DNA from: a virus
IMG/VR virus record: IMGVR_UViG_3300033571_019687
Coordinates: 1-64,000 of that record
Length of the DNA stretch: 64,000 nt
Reading direction: 5' to 3' (one strand)
Part shown: in pieces, positions 48,981-59,104 of the stretch
Layout of the letters: every line of letters begins with the position of its first letter
Position numbering within the stretch: the first letter of the stretch is position 1
Translations under genes and position numbers: made by a program
Notes under the pieces: generated by a model
The model's input: only the letters and a program-made list of their open reading frames with translations
Told to the model about the DNA's origin: nothing
Database searches by the model: none

Positions 48981-49050
48981 AATCTACGTAGTTTTTTTAA
49001 ATATAATCGGATAGTACTAAATTATAAATAGCTTTTTACTAATTATTAAT

Positions 49051-49584
49051 ATGGAAAACAATGCATTTAATATACCGATAACACGAGGTAATTTATTTTT
49101 TTCTGAGGACGAATTCAGAATGCAGATGGGTATTGCAAATGAGTATATTAAAAACGTCTTAAATTTTAAAATTATTCTATTCAGAATTGATTATACTAAC
49201 ACTTCAACAAGTATATACGGTAGTGTTAAAGATGAAAATAAAGTTTTCATGGATCCAGTAGAAATCAATGTATATAATTTAAAAATTGAAGATTATCCTC
49301 AAGAACCACTTGGTGATGGTAGAATTGCCTATGAACAATATGGTAATTTAACATTTAATGTAATGTTAAGTGAATTAGAATTCAGGGGTATAGAAATAAA
49401 ACGTGGGGATTTAGTAGGTTATGCATTAGATGAGAACAGATTCAAGTATTTTGAAGTATCAGATGATGATAGATTAAATTATGATAATGCAAATACTATT
49501 ATAGGTTATAAACCGATAAGCAAACGTATAGTTTGTACACATACAGATTTTAATGAAGAATATGGGTTTGCCGAAGAGAACTAA
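49051..49584 (+). CDS. Head-closure/neck protein (gp14-like)
   Basis: Size, position before the gp15-like and sheath genes, IKRGDLVGY. Confidence 0.55.
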   Translation: MENNAFNIPITRGNLFFSEDEFRMQMGIANEYIKNVLNFKIILFRIDYTNTSTSIYGSVKDENKVFMDPVEINVYNLKIEDYPQEPLGDGRIAYEQYGNLTFNVMLSELEFRGIEIKRGDLVGYALDENRFKYFEVSDDDRLNYDNANTIIGYKPISKRIVCTHTDFNEEYGFAEEN

Positions 49585-50329
49585 TACAATCTCACCAGAG
49601 AGCGTCAACTTGTTTAATGGTGAATACCCTTATGAACCAATGAGAAGCGGTGCTAGTGAGCTATTAAAGAGCTTAGTCATGCAAGATAATACGTTCTTCC
49701 CTAAACCATTATCTATACAACACATAGATGAAGCTGTTTATGATCATTTTAGTGAAGAATTATCAAATAATAATATTGTACCCTCAAAAGAATCTACAAT
49801 ATTTACATTAGGCATTAATAGAATATCTGAATTTAAGAAAAGTTGGTCATCTGTAACAAAGGAGAGAAAATTATTATTCCCTTTGGCTATAATAACTAGA
49901 GAATTAGGTGTAGATTATAATACAGATGAAGTTGGATATAATATACCAACCGGTAGGTTATACCCTGTGCATCAGGAAATAACTAATGACGGTAATAAAA
50001 AAATTATTGATACATACTACATAGCACAACCTATACCAGTTACATTATCATATACAATGTATTATTATTGTAAACAAGAAGAAGAACTCAATACTATTAA
50101 TACATTTATTTTAAACCAATTTCAAAGTAGACAAAGATACATATTTGCAAATGGTTATTATATACCAGTACATTTTGAGGGTGTTTCAGATTCTACAGAT
50201 TTCAATGATATGGATAAATTTAGATATATTGAAATATCATTTGAAATGAGGGTTACAGCATACTTAATTGATGAAACCAAATTCGATAAAAAAACATCTT
50301 TTATGATAGCAAATATTAATAGTAAATAA
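49553..50329 (+). CDS. Tail terminator/sheath stabiliser (gp15-like)
   Basis: QPIPVTLSY..YY...EELN; position before the sheath. Confidence 0.65.
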   Translation: MKNMGLPKRTNTISPESVNLFNGEYPYEPMRSGASELLKSLVMQDNTFFPKPLSIQHIDEAVYDHFSEELSNNNIVPSKESTIFTLGINRISEFKKSWSSVTKERKLLFPLAIITRELGVDYNTDEVGYNIPTGRLYPVHQEITNDGNKKIIDTYYIAQPIPVTLSYTMYYYCKQEEELNTINTFILNQFQSRQRYIFANGYYIPVHFEGVSDSTDFNDMDKFRYIEISFEMRVTAYLIDETKFDKKTSFMIANINSK

Positions 50330-50347
50330 CTATTGAAAAAAAAGTTC

Positions 50348-50354
50348 TATTTAC
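50348..50354 (+). promoter_or_regulatory. CTATTTA putative late promoter
   Basis: 39 nt upstream of the sheath ATG. Confidence 0.55.
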
Positions 50355-50393
50355 TAATAACAATAAAATAAAGTAAATAACAATCACTACAAA

Positions 50394-53300
50394 ATGGTTA
50401 CAGTTAGAAAATCACCGGGTGTTTACTCTACAGAGTCTTTTCCTGTTACAGCAACTGAAAGCGTTGGTGTTACAACCGCAGTAATGGCGGGTGAAACATT
50501 GAAAGGTCCAGCATTTCAGTCAGTATTTGTAAACAGGTTTGATACATTCAAAAGACTTTTTGGAGGTACAAGCCCTGAAAAATTCAAAAATACTCAATTA
50601 CCTAAATATACACTACCTTACGATGCTAAATCATATTTAACACAATCTAATCAATTGTATGTTATTAGAGTTTTAGGTTTATCTGGATATGATGCTGGTA
50701 GAGTAGCAATGCTTAGAACTATAGGTGCGCCTGATATTGAAGAAAGAGGTGCTGAAATCGAAAATTTAGGTGGTGATGGAGATTTTTATCTTGTTAGAGA
50801 AACCACTGGAAGTACTACTACATTTTATGTTGCAACATCTACAGGTGGTACATCTTTAGACCCGTTAATACCATTTGTTACAGGTTCAACAACATTTGCT
50901 GATCTTGATAGTAGTGTAATGACAAGAGTTGCATCTGCATTAAATACATATTTTAACCCATCAGTAACTGGATCAACAACTTGGTCGTCAGGTGATGGTT
51001 TCTATTGGGGTTTCTTTGGTGATGGTGATTTATCAGAGCTTGGTAATGATCCACAAAACTTTAACAGTATGTATGTGTTACCTGCTGATGTTGATTCTGC
51101 TGATTTAAATGATTATATCGTTTATAATGATAGTAAATATTTTGCAGATGATGATAATTTTATCCTTGGTGCATTTGCATTAAGAGTAACAAATACTACA
51201 CCAATTGTTAGTGGTACTAAAAGGTTTTATGCAGCTAAATTTATTGGTAGAAGAAATAGGCTAGACCCAAAAATTGATTACCATAAAGTAGGTGTAGCAT
51301 CACTTAGATCTAAAGGATTTATGTCTGGTGAAACATTAGTATTTAACTCTGATTTATCAGATGTTACCATGTCATCATTTAATACTGATATAACTAAAGA
51401 TGCTTTAGGTGAATTTGTTTTAAGTGTTTCAACAGGTGATGGTTATGCTCAGTTTGTTGTATCACTTGATAACAGTAAGAAATCATTTATTAAGAATATT
51501 TTTGGTAGTCATAATACAACAGCTAATGCTGTGGCTTATTGTGAAGAATCTTATGACAAATGGCTTAAGAAACAGGTTGTTTATGGAAATGTTAGAGGTC
51601 TATTCTTAGATACCAACGGTGTACCAAATTCAAGTGATTTTGACCATTACAGACATCAATATCAAACACCTACAACTCCATTCTTCGTTTCAGAAAAACG
51701 TGGTGACAGTGTTGTTGATTTGTTTAAATTCCATTTAATTAGTGACGGTGCAGATGCAAATACATCAGTAAAAGTTTCTATTGCTGGTATTGATCTCCAA
51801 AGAAGAACATTTGATGTACAAATTAGAGACTTTAATGATACAGACGCTAATCCTGTTGTTCTTGAGAGATTCTTTAACTGTACTATGGATAAAACAAGTA
51901 CTGACTTTATCGGTAGAAAAATTGGTACTGTAGATGGTGAATATCCACTTAAATCTGCTTACCTATCAGTAGAGATCGCCGAGAATGCCCCTAACAACGC
52001 AATTCCGGCCGGCTTTAGAGGTTATGTAGTTAGAGAGCTAGAAGATGAGGCAAAGCCTATTATAGGGGTTTATAAGACGAAATACTACAATGCTGGCGAA
52101 GTTATCTGTGATACCACCGGATATGGTGATCTAGTTGTAAGTCCGGGTGATAAAATTAGAAAAGCTTATTTAGGTTTCTCTGACTTAAATTATGGATTTG
52201 ACACTGATTTATTGAAATTCAAAGGTAAAACAAATGATGGTGATTTTACTTATAACACAGGATCTGATTTTTCAACAAAAATCCAAGGTTTCCACTTAGA
52301 TGTTGCTGTTAGTGGTTTTACTGCACAGGGTCAATCTTATGAATATGAGTTTGAAACTGGTAAGTTTACTTTAGAAGGTGCTGATAACGCATCACCTGCT
52401 GTTAACCCTTATGCTAACATTCAAACAAGGAAATTTACTGCATTATTTGCAGGAGGATTTGATGGTTGGGATATTTACAGAGATACCAGAACTAATTTAG
52501 ATGAATATAAAATTGGTAGAACATTGTTTACTAATGGATTATCATCTGGAGTATTTGATACATTTGTATCAAGTGAAGATGGTGAAACTTATGGTACATC
52601 TGATTACTATGCTTACTTGATGGCATATAAGAAATTTGCTAACCCAGAAGATATTCTTTGTAATGTAATTACAACTCAGGGTATTGATGCTATTAATCAT
52701 ACTGAATTAGTTAATGAAGTTATTGAAATTGTAGAAGATTTTAGAGGTGATGCTTTGTATATTTACAACCTACCTGATATAGATCTATTCAATAACAATA
52801 ACCCTAATGATACTAGTACATGGTTATATCCTAAAGATATTTCTGTGGCATTAGAAGATACTGAAATTAATAGTACTTATGCAACTACATATTATCCTTG
52901 GATTCAAGTAGATGATAAAGATAATGCGGCTTATGTATTTATTCCTCCAACAGGTGAAGTACTTAAAAATCTTGCATTTACTGATAAAACTCAGTTCCCT
53001 TGGGTATCTTATGCAGGTTACAAAAGAGGTAGAATTAATGCAATTAAACCTAGATTTGTATTGAAAGCAGAAGATAGAGATACTCTTTATGATGCTAATA
53101 TAAATGCTATTGCTAGATTCCCTGATGTAGAAACTGTTATTTTTGGTAATAATACTACAAGTACTATTAACAATCCAATTAAACAAGTTAATGTTAGAAG
53201 ACTTATTCTTCAAATCAGAAGAGCATTATTCTCAATATCTAATAGTTTTATCTTTGATCAGAATGATGAAACATTGAGAGATCAATTCTTAAAACAAATT

Positions 53301-53483
53301 AGACCTATACTTGAGAATATTAAAACTAACAGAGGTATTTCTGCTTATAGAATAGCATTCGGTGATTCTCCTGATAGAAACACTTTAAGTGCAACAATCG
53401 AGATTGTACCAATCTCAGCACTTGAAAGAATCATCCTTAACTTCGTTGTAAACGAATCAGGAACACAGTTAACAGAAGGTTAA
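50394..53483 (+). CDS. Contractile tail sheath protein
   Basis: SPGVYSTE, YYPWI, PPTGEV, FPWVSYAGYKRG, VNVRRL, FDQND. Confidence 0.95.
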   Translation: MVTVRKSPGVYSTESFPVTATESVGVTTAVMAGETLKGPAFQSVFVNRFDTFKRLFGGTSPEKFKNTQLPKYTLPYDAKSYLTQSNQLYVIRVLGLSGYDAGRVAMLRTIGAPDIEERGAEIENLGGDGDFYLVRETTGSTTTFYVATSTGGTSLDPLIPFVTGSTTFADLDSSVMTRVASALNTYFNPSVTGSTTWSSGDGFYWGFFGDGDLSELGNDPQNFNSMYVLPADVDSADLNDYIVYNDSKYFADDDNFILGAFALRVTNTTPIVSGTKRFYAAKFIGRRNRLDPKIDYHKVGVASLRSKGFMSGETLVFNSDLSDVTMSSFNTDITKDALGEFVLSVSTGDGYAQFVVSLDNSKKSFIKNIFGSHNTTANAVAYCEESYDKWLKKQVVYGNVRGLFLDTNGVPNSSDFDHYRHQYQTPTTPFFVSEKRGDSVVDLFKFHLISDGADANTSVKVSIAGIDLQRRTFDVQIRDFNDTDANPVVLERFFNCTMDKTSTDFIGRKIGTVDGEYPLKSAYLSVEIAENAPNNAIPAGFRGYVVRELEDEAKPIIGVYKTKYYNAGEVICDTTGYGDLVVSPGDKIRKAYLGFSDLNYGFDTDLLKFKGKTNDGDFTYNTGSDFSTKIQGFHLDVAVSGFTAQGQSYEYEFETGKFTLEGADNASPAVNPYANIQTRKFTALFAGGFDGWDIYRDTRTNLDEYKIGRTLFTNGLSSGVFDTFVSSEDGETYGTSDYYAYLMAYKKFANPEDILCNVITTQGIDAINHTELVNEVIEIVEDFRGDALYIYNLPDIDLFNNNNPNDTSTWLYPKDISVALEDTEINSTYATTYYPWIQVDDKDNAAYVFIPPTGEVLKNLAFTDKTQFPWVSYAGYKRGRINAIKPRFVLKAEDRDTLYDANINAIARFPDVETVIFGNNTTSTINNPIKQVNVRRLILQIRRALFSISNSFIFDQNDETLRDQFLKQIRPILENIKTNRGISAYRIAFGDSPDRNTLSATIEIVPISALERIILNFVVNESGTQLTEG

Positions 53484-53490
53484 TTTACTT

Positions 53491-53527
53491 AAAAAGAGGA
53501 GGTTATAAAAACTTCCTCTTTTTTTTT
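53491..53527 (+). terminator. Terminator after the sheath gene
   Basis: aagaggaggtt/aacttcctctt plus T run. Confidence 0.85.
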
Positions 53528-53556
53528 CATTTTCTCTTTGTTTTCTGAAAATATTC

Positions 53557-53769
53557 TTTATGCACGACTATAATAATATATATTACTATAATATTACTTA
53601 TATATACTTAATACTATAGTATTATTAATAATATTAAGTATTATAGTTATTATTTATATTAGTATATTATATATAACTATTATTTATATTAATAATATAT
53701 ATTAGTAATTAATATTAAGTATTATTAATAGATATAATTAAGTAATATATTATTATAAGCCTTCATAAA
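53557..53769. other. Ultra AT-rich non-coding element flanked by imperfect inverted repeats (candidate origin)
   Basis: 13 G/C in 188 nt (53571-53758), internal direct repeats and a 16-bp palindrome. Confidence 0.5.
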
Positions 53770-53864
53770 TGAAAAAATGATAATAGCAATAGTTCAGCAA
53801 AAAAAATAGTAAAAACATACTACTTATAGTTAAAGATAATAAAAGTTAAAACAAATTTATTGAT

Positions 53865-54353
53865 ATGGCTGATTTATTGATGAAAATGCCTATACCTAAT
53901 GAACCATTAAAAAAGAATAGGTTTATTCTCAGATTCCCATCATCATTAGGTTTTAATGAGTACTTTGTTAAAAGTGCATCAAGACCTTCAATTACTACAA
54001 ATGAAATTGAAATTCCATTCCTGAATACATCAAAGTATGTAGCTGGTAGATATAGTTGGGATGCTATCAACGTTGAATTACGTGATGGTATTGGTCCATC
54101 TACTTCTCAGGTTGTAATGGAATGGGTTAGATTGGTTTCAGAAAGTTTAACTGGTAGACAAGGTTATGCTGCCGGTTATAAAAAAGAAGTTGAAATCGTA
54201 ATGATTGATCCAACAGGTAACGAAGTACAAAAATGGATTTTATTTGGTGCATGGCCTTCAAAAGCAGACTTTGGTTCACTTGATTACGGTGATGATGAAG
54301 TTGCAACCATTTCAATGACACTTAGGATTGATTACGCAGAACTTATTTACTAA
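53865..54353 (+). CDS. Tail tube protein (gp19-like)
   Basis: EPLKKNRF, SASRPS, YVAGR..W..I, VMEW, W.L.GAWP...DFGSLDY; variant CTACTTA at 53820-53826. Confidence 0.9.
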   Translation: MADLLMKMPIPNEPLKKNRFILRFPSSLGFNEYFVKSASRPSITTNEIEIPFLNTSKYVAGRYSWDAINVELRDGIGPSTSQVVMEWVRLVSESLTGRQGYAAGYKKEVEIVMIDPTGNEVQKWILFGAWPSKADFGSLDYGDDEVATISMTLRIDYAELIY

Positions 54354-54458
54354 AACTATTTGGTTTTTAAAAAAAAGATTGTTATACTTGTGTTTAAGTA
54401 TAGCTAGATAACAAAAGGCTGACTATACATCAGCCTTTAATTTTTATAAAAAAAATAT

Positions 54459-55265
54459 ATGCCGACAGTTACAACAAAGAAATCAGATAAGAACGAATTG
54501 CAAGCACTAGGGTTTGCAGAAGCTAGGGACAGTTATGACTTGGTTTACTTACCAAGCCAAGGTAAATACGGTACTGTATATGGTGAGAGTATCAAAGTAA
54601 GTCACCTTAAGGCTATTGATAGTAATATCTTAACATCAGTAAGACTTATGTCAGAAGGTTTACACTTAACAACCCTTGTTGATAAAAAACTTGCTTATGA
54701 AGATACAAAAATTAAAGCCAATGACTTGTTGGTTGGTGATTTTATCAAAGTTTTGCTATTTCTTAGAACAACATCAGGTTATGGGGATGAATTTATTGTT
54801 AAGTTAACAGATCCTAAGACCGGTGAAGTATTTGATCATTCAGTAGACTTATCATCAATCAAAATTAAAGATGTTGAAGTTTATCCAAATGAAGATGGGT
54901 TATTAGAATATACTCTTCCTCATAGTAAAAAACCTGTATTGTTTAGGTATTTGACGATTGGTGAAGAAAGAGAAATTGCTGAAAGAGACCAAAAAACAAT
55001 GCAACTTAGAAATACAACCATTTCAAATATTGAAACTCTTAGACTTGTTGCTCAAATCCAGTCATTAGATGGAGAAACTGATAAATCAAAAATACAGACA
55101 TTTATTGAAACACAAATGTCAATGAGAGATATGGTTGAATTTAAGAAATTTGTTGTAGCTAATGAACCGAGTGTTGACTTGGAAATTGAGGCCAGAGGTC
55201 CTTCTGGTGCCACGTTTCAAACAGATTTTCCAATTGAAGGACTCTTATATTTCAATAATGTCTAA
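54459..55265 (+). CDS. Baseplate hub assembly/tail assembly chaperone (gp26-like)
   Basis: LPSQG, LLVGD...LLFLR..GYG, LPHSKK.V.FRYLT; between tube and tape measure. Confidence 0.7.
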   Translation: MPTVTTKKSDKNELQALGFAEARDSYDLVYLPSQGKYGTVYGESIKVSHLKAIDSNILTSVRLMSEGLHLTTLVDKKLAYEDTKIKANDLLVGDFIKVLLFLRTTSGYGDEFIVKLTDPKTGEVFDHSVDLSSIKIKDVEVYPNEDGLLEYTLPHSKKPVLFRYLTIGEEREIAERDQKTMQLRNTTISNIETLRLVAQIQSLDGETDKSKIQTFIETQMSMRDMVEFKKFVVANEPSVDLEIEARGPSGATFQTDFPIEGLLYFNNV

Positions 55266-55425
55266 ATTTCTTGAAGATGATGGAAAGGTTAGTATTGACC
55301 AAGTATATCAACTAATAAGATTTGGTTTTTTGGGTTATGATGAGTTAATGCAAATGCCTAGATATTTATTAAAATATTTTTACGAAAAAGTTGCCAGTGA
55401 ATCTAAAAAAGATGATCTTGTCTAA
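55258..55425 (+). CDS. Small chaperone partner (gp51-like); start probably ATG 55258
   Basis: YDELMQMP motif; 8-nt overlap with the upstream gene. Confidence 0.5.
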   Translation: MSKFLEDDGKVSIDQVYQLIRFGFLGYDELMQMPRYLLKYFYEKVASESKKDDLV

Positions 55426-55429
55426 AATA

Positions 55430-55448
55430 GCGGGGCTTATGGCCCCGC
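55430..55448 (+). terminator. GC-rich hairpin
   Basis: gcggggc-ttatg-gccccgc; weak U-tail. Confidence 0.55.
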
Positions 55449-55450
55449 AA

Positions 55451-55457
55451 CTATTTA
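55451..55457 (+). promoter_or_regulatory. CTATTTA putative late promoter
   Basis: 16 nt upstream of ATG 55474. Confidence 0.6.
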
Positions 55458-55473
55458 ATATAAAACTATTATT

Positions 55474-56325
55474 ATGAAAAGAGACACATTACTTGAAACT
55501 AGACTTAAGTTTGATAAGCTTACTAATAAAAAACCTGTTAATGAGATTATTAAAAGTACATTTAATAGGTTAGCTAACTTTTTTGATAAAGGTAAATATG
55601 CCGCAGCTAAAAGCGTTAGTCCAACTGATGATTATATGTATGATACATATTTCAATACTAGTCAGCCTAATTCAGGCATGCGTGATAGATTAGAAAAACT
55701 TATAGAAGAGATAATTTCAGAAATTCCAGCATTAAAATCAATTTATTATGATAATAATTTAAATGAATACGATGTTGAAACTTTTTTATATGATTATGGC
55801 CGTAATAAAGTTAAAGCTATTGTAAATGATGATATTTTATACGGTGAAATTGTAGATTCAATTGAATCCGCTCAATTCCTTGAAAGAGATGATGATAAGA
55901 TTTTAACTTACTCACAAACAATTAAGAAAATTATATCCTTAATTGAAAGTTTTATAGATGAATTAAACAACTCTGGTAGTTTACCTATTGTTAACACAAA
56001 TAGTAAACTTAAAGACATAGTAAATCTATCTGTTAGTTACGAAAATGAATTAACATCTTGTTTACAAAAGATGAAAGATTTCAAATACGATTCCACAATG
56101 AATTACGAAAAACATATAGGATTAGCATTTGGTGGTAAAGGTAGGACAGTATTGATTGAATTTAAACCTGTAAGCGGCGGTAATGCAGTTGTATCAGATT
56201 TTTTAGATAATTTATATGCTTTTTATCAAAATGCTAGATCAAAAGGTAATGCTAGTACATTTAGCTTTAAAACATTTGATAAAACCTTTAAAAATAACTT
56301 AAATAGATTATCAGTTTCGGTATAA
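55474..56325 (+). CDS. Hypothetical protein with head-protein-like leader
   Basis: MKRDTLLE...PVNE; TAATG overlap with the tape measure gene. Confidence 0.55.
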   Translation: MKRDTLLETRLKFDKLTNKKPVNEIIKSTFNRLANFFDKGKYAAAKSVSPTDDYMYDTYFNTSQPNSGMRDRLEKLIEEIISEIPALKSIYYDNNLNEYDVETFLYDYGRNKVKAIVNDDILYGEIVDSIESAQFLERDDDKILTYSQTIKKIISLIESFIDELNNSGSLPIVNTNSKLKDIVNLSVSYENELTSCLQKMKDFKYDSTMNYEKHIGLAFGGKGRTVLIEFKPVSGGNAVVSDFLDNLYAFYQNARSKGNASTFSFKTFDKTFKNNLNRLSVSV

Positions 56326-59090
56326 TGCTTTTTAATAAGATTAGTAATAGTGTAGTTCAACCAACAACAGCTAGTGCCGTTAGTGCTAGTAACTTAGCTA
56401 TTGTGGAACAAATACTCAGATTAACATCTGATATGGTCGATGAACAAGATAGAATTAATTATCGACTAAAAAAGACTAACGGTCTTTATAATAAAGCTAA
56501 ATTGTTTCTTAAAACACGTGCAGATTTATCTAAGAATTACCTAAAAACTCAAGAAGATGAGTATATGTTAGGTAAAAAAATTCAAAGACTTGATGAAGTT
56601 AGAAATAAATTTGTTAACAGTAATTTAAAAACTAGTAAAGCCATTGTAAAAAATATTGAAAAACAACTTATAGAGCAAAAAACTTTACTTGCTCTTAAAA
56701 AAGTTGAACAAGATGCTTTAGTTGAAAATTTTAGTAACTATAAAAGACTCAATGAGATGTATCGTAGTTTTCTAAATAACTACGATAGTTACATGTCATC
56801 TATTAATATGTCAATGAGTATATTTAAAGGATCATTTAAACTTATTGGTGCATATCTTGATTTAGTATTCTCACCTTTCAAAAAAGGTTTTCAATTCTTT
56901 TTAGATTTCCAAAAAACATCGGGTAATTTAGCAGCAGATTTGGGATTAAGTGCCAAAGAGTCAAAAACACTTAAAAACCAAATGTACGATTCTTTTATTT
57001 CAGCTACTTTATTAGGTGGTAAATTAGAAGATGTTGCAACTGTAATAAATTCGTTTTCAGAATCACTTGGTAAAAATAGAATTTTCTCACCAGATGAATT
57101 AAAAAATATTATAGAACTAGGTTTAGGTACTAAACTTGGTGTTCAAGGTGCAACAGAATTAGTTGCTGAATTTAGTAAAGTAGGTTATTCACTTAATGAT
57201 ATTATTAAGTCAACCGGTAAAATTAGAGACTCAGCAGCTAAACTAAATCTTAACAGTACAAAGCTATTAGCGACCTATCAGGGACTCTTTAAATCTTTTA
57301 TAGGATTTGATATGTCTAGGAACTTGAAGGCTTTTGGGGAGCTTGCAAATAAGGCTACAAGCCTAAGATTGGATTTAAGTGGAGCATCTGCATTAGCTGA
57401 TAAATTATTTGATCCAGAAGGTGCTGTTGAAGCTGCTGCCAAGATTGGTGTATTAGGAGGAAAATTTTCACAAATGTTTTCTGACCCTTTTAATTTAATG
57501 TACGCAGCACAAAATGCGCCACAAGAGCTTTATGAAAATATGATTAAAGCTACCCAAGGTATGGCAAGAAAAGGTGCTGATGGTAGTTTCTTTGTTACAC
57601 CTGCTGATAGAAAAATTATAACAGAATTTGCTACTAGTTTAGGTATAGATGGTAAAAACTTAATTGAAGTTGCAATAGAACAAGCTAAAGTTACTGATAA
57701 AATGGCAGCTTTAGCAGGTAAGGGTATAAACATGTTTGGTGTAAATGATGAAGATAGACTTGCTATTTCTAATCTTATAGAACTTAGAGATGGTAATTAT
57801 ACTATTAAAATGTCTGATGGTTCTACCAAACTTTTATCACAAATTACATCAAAATCCGAATTTGATAAAATTTTAAAAGAAAGAAAAGCTAATGAAGACG
57901 CTGCTATTGGTAGACAAAATATGTTAGAAAGACTTGGACTTGTTGCTGATAGATTTTTAGCAGCATTTAGTAAATCTTTTGATAAACTATTCGGAGGTAG
58001 TAAATTTGATACATTTTTGAAGGGTGTAGATAAAATAGGTGTTACTTTTGGTAATCTTGTGTCTAGTCTATTAAGTAAAGATGGCGAAATATATTCAACA
58101 TTTGATGCAATGATTAATAGTGCAAATGGGTTATTTTCAACACTTGATGTAATTTTCAAAGATCCAACAAAATCATTTGGTCAGAAAATAGGTGATGGGT
58201 TTATTGCCTTGGTTAGACAAATGAAAGATCCTATTATGTCAGTTATAGGTATGGCTGTTAAGACATTGGTACCATTAATTAAAATTCCTATAATTGAAAC
58301 TCTTAGATTATTAGAGAATATACCAGTAGTAGGCGGTTTGTTTGGTGGTGCTCGTAGGGGATTAGAGAGAAGTGTTGTAAAAACACAAGTAGGTAATATG
58401 ATATATGGTGATCAATCACTTAACCCGTTAGGTTTTGGTGAAGCAGCACTTCAAAACAGTACATCATTGGGATTAAATGCATTAACTGGTTTATATAAAA
58501 ATGCCGGAAAAATAGCATCATCTACATTGCCTGAAAAACTACTTAAAAGTGGCGCAATGAGTGGTGCAAAAATACTTGGTAAAAATGTTTTAAAATTTAT
58601 ACCGGGAATAGGTCTTGTTGTATCTGGTTATGAAGCAATGGATAATTTCTCAAAAGGAAATTATGTTAGAGGTGGATTAAATTTAGTTTCTGGTGCAGCA
58701 TCATTTATACCGGGTATAGGTACAGCAGTATCATTAGGAACTGATTTAACTGCAACTGGTATTGATATTGCAGAATCCATGAGTAATCCAGAAAAGGTTA
58801 ATGATTTAATTATTAGCAAACATGGTGCATTTAAGGCTGATAAAGGCGATCTTGTAATGGCATTACATGAAGACGGTTTTAAAAAATCAACAAAAGAAGA
58901 GTCTTCTGTAATGAAAGTTGAACATAGTGGAGTAATTACATTACAGTCAACAGATGGTAAGTCTATAACTATAGATATGCTTGAGGCTAATAAGTTAAAT
59001 ATAATGGCATGGATAGCAAGTAATATGAAAGGTATAAATACTGGATCAATTACGCACACACAAAACGAATTACCTGTTGCCCCTTTATAA
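56325..59090 (+). CDS. Tape measure protein
   Basis: 921 aa, Ala/Gly/Leu-rich helical, after tube and chaperone; C-terminal IPGIG repeats. Confidence 0.75.
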   Translation: MLFNKISNSVVQPTTASAVSASNLAIVEQILRLTSDMVDEQDRINYRLKKTNGLYNKAKLFLKTRADLSKNYLKTQEDEYMLGKKIQRLDEVRNKFVNSNLKTSKAIVKNIEKQLIEQKTLLALKKVEQDALVENFSNYKRLNEMYRSFLNNYDSYMSSINMSMSIFKGSFKLIGAYLDLVFSPFKKGFQFFLDFQKTSGNLAADLGLSAKESKTLKNQMYDSFISATLLGGKLEDVATVINSFSESLGKNRIFSPDELKNIIELGLGTKLGVQGATELVAEFSKVGYSLNDIIKSTGKIRDSAAKLNLNSTKLLATYQGLFKSFIGFDMSRNLKAFGELANKATSLRLDLSGASALADKLFDPEGAVEAAAKIGVLGGKFSQMFSDPFNLMYAAQNAPQELYENMIKATQGMARKGADGSFFVTPADRKIITEFATSLGIDGKNLIEVAIEQAKVTDKMAALAGKGINMFGVNDEDRLAISNLIELRDGNYTIKMSDGSTKLLSQITSKSEFDKILKERKANEDAAIGRQNMLERLGLVADRFLAAFSKSFDKLFGGSKFDTFLKGVDKIGVTFGNLVSSLLSKDGEIYSTFDAMINSANGLFSTLDVIFKDPTKSFGQKIGDGFIALVRQMKDPIMSVIGMAVKTLVPLIKIPIIETLRLLENIPVVGGLFGGARRGLERSVVKTQVGNMIYGDQSLNPLGFGEAALQNSTSLGLNALTGLYKNAGKIASSTLPEKLLKSGAMSGAKILGKNVLKFIPGIGLVVSGYEAMDNFSKGNYVRGGLNLVSGAASFIPGIGTAVSLGTDLTATGIDIAESMSNPEKVNDLIISKHGAFKADKGDLVMALHEDGFKKSTKEESSVMKVEHSGVITLQSTDGKSITIDMLEANKLNIMAWIASNMKGINTGSITHTQNELPVAPL

Positions 59091-59104
59091 AAAATACATA
59101 AAAT

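Noticed and set aside
47160-49031. Extra CTATTTA copies at 47160 (+) and 49025-49031 (-)
   Set aside because: The first faces no gene start; the second is 44 nt from the helicase ATG and may instead be part of a degenerate host-type promoter, so neither was counted
53571-53758. CRISPR array in the AT-rich gap
   Set aside because: Repeats are short, low-complexity and occur only twice; no repeat-spacer periodicity
556-59059. Many short antisense or alternate-frame ORFs in the track (e.g. 556-798, 9345-9710, 19177-19800, 23063-23473, 57797-58159)
   Set aside because: They overlap strong genes and read as codon-shadow sequence with no motifs
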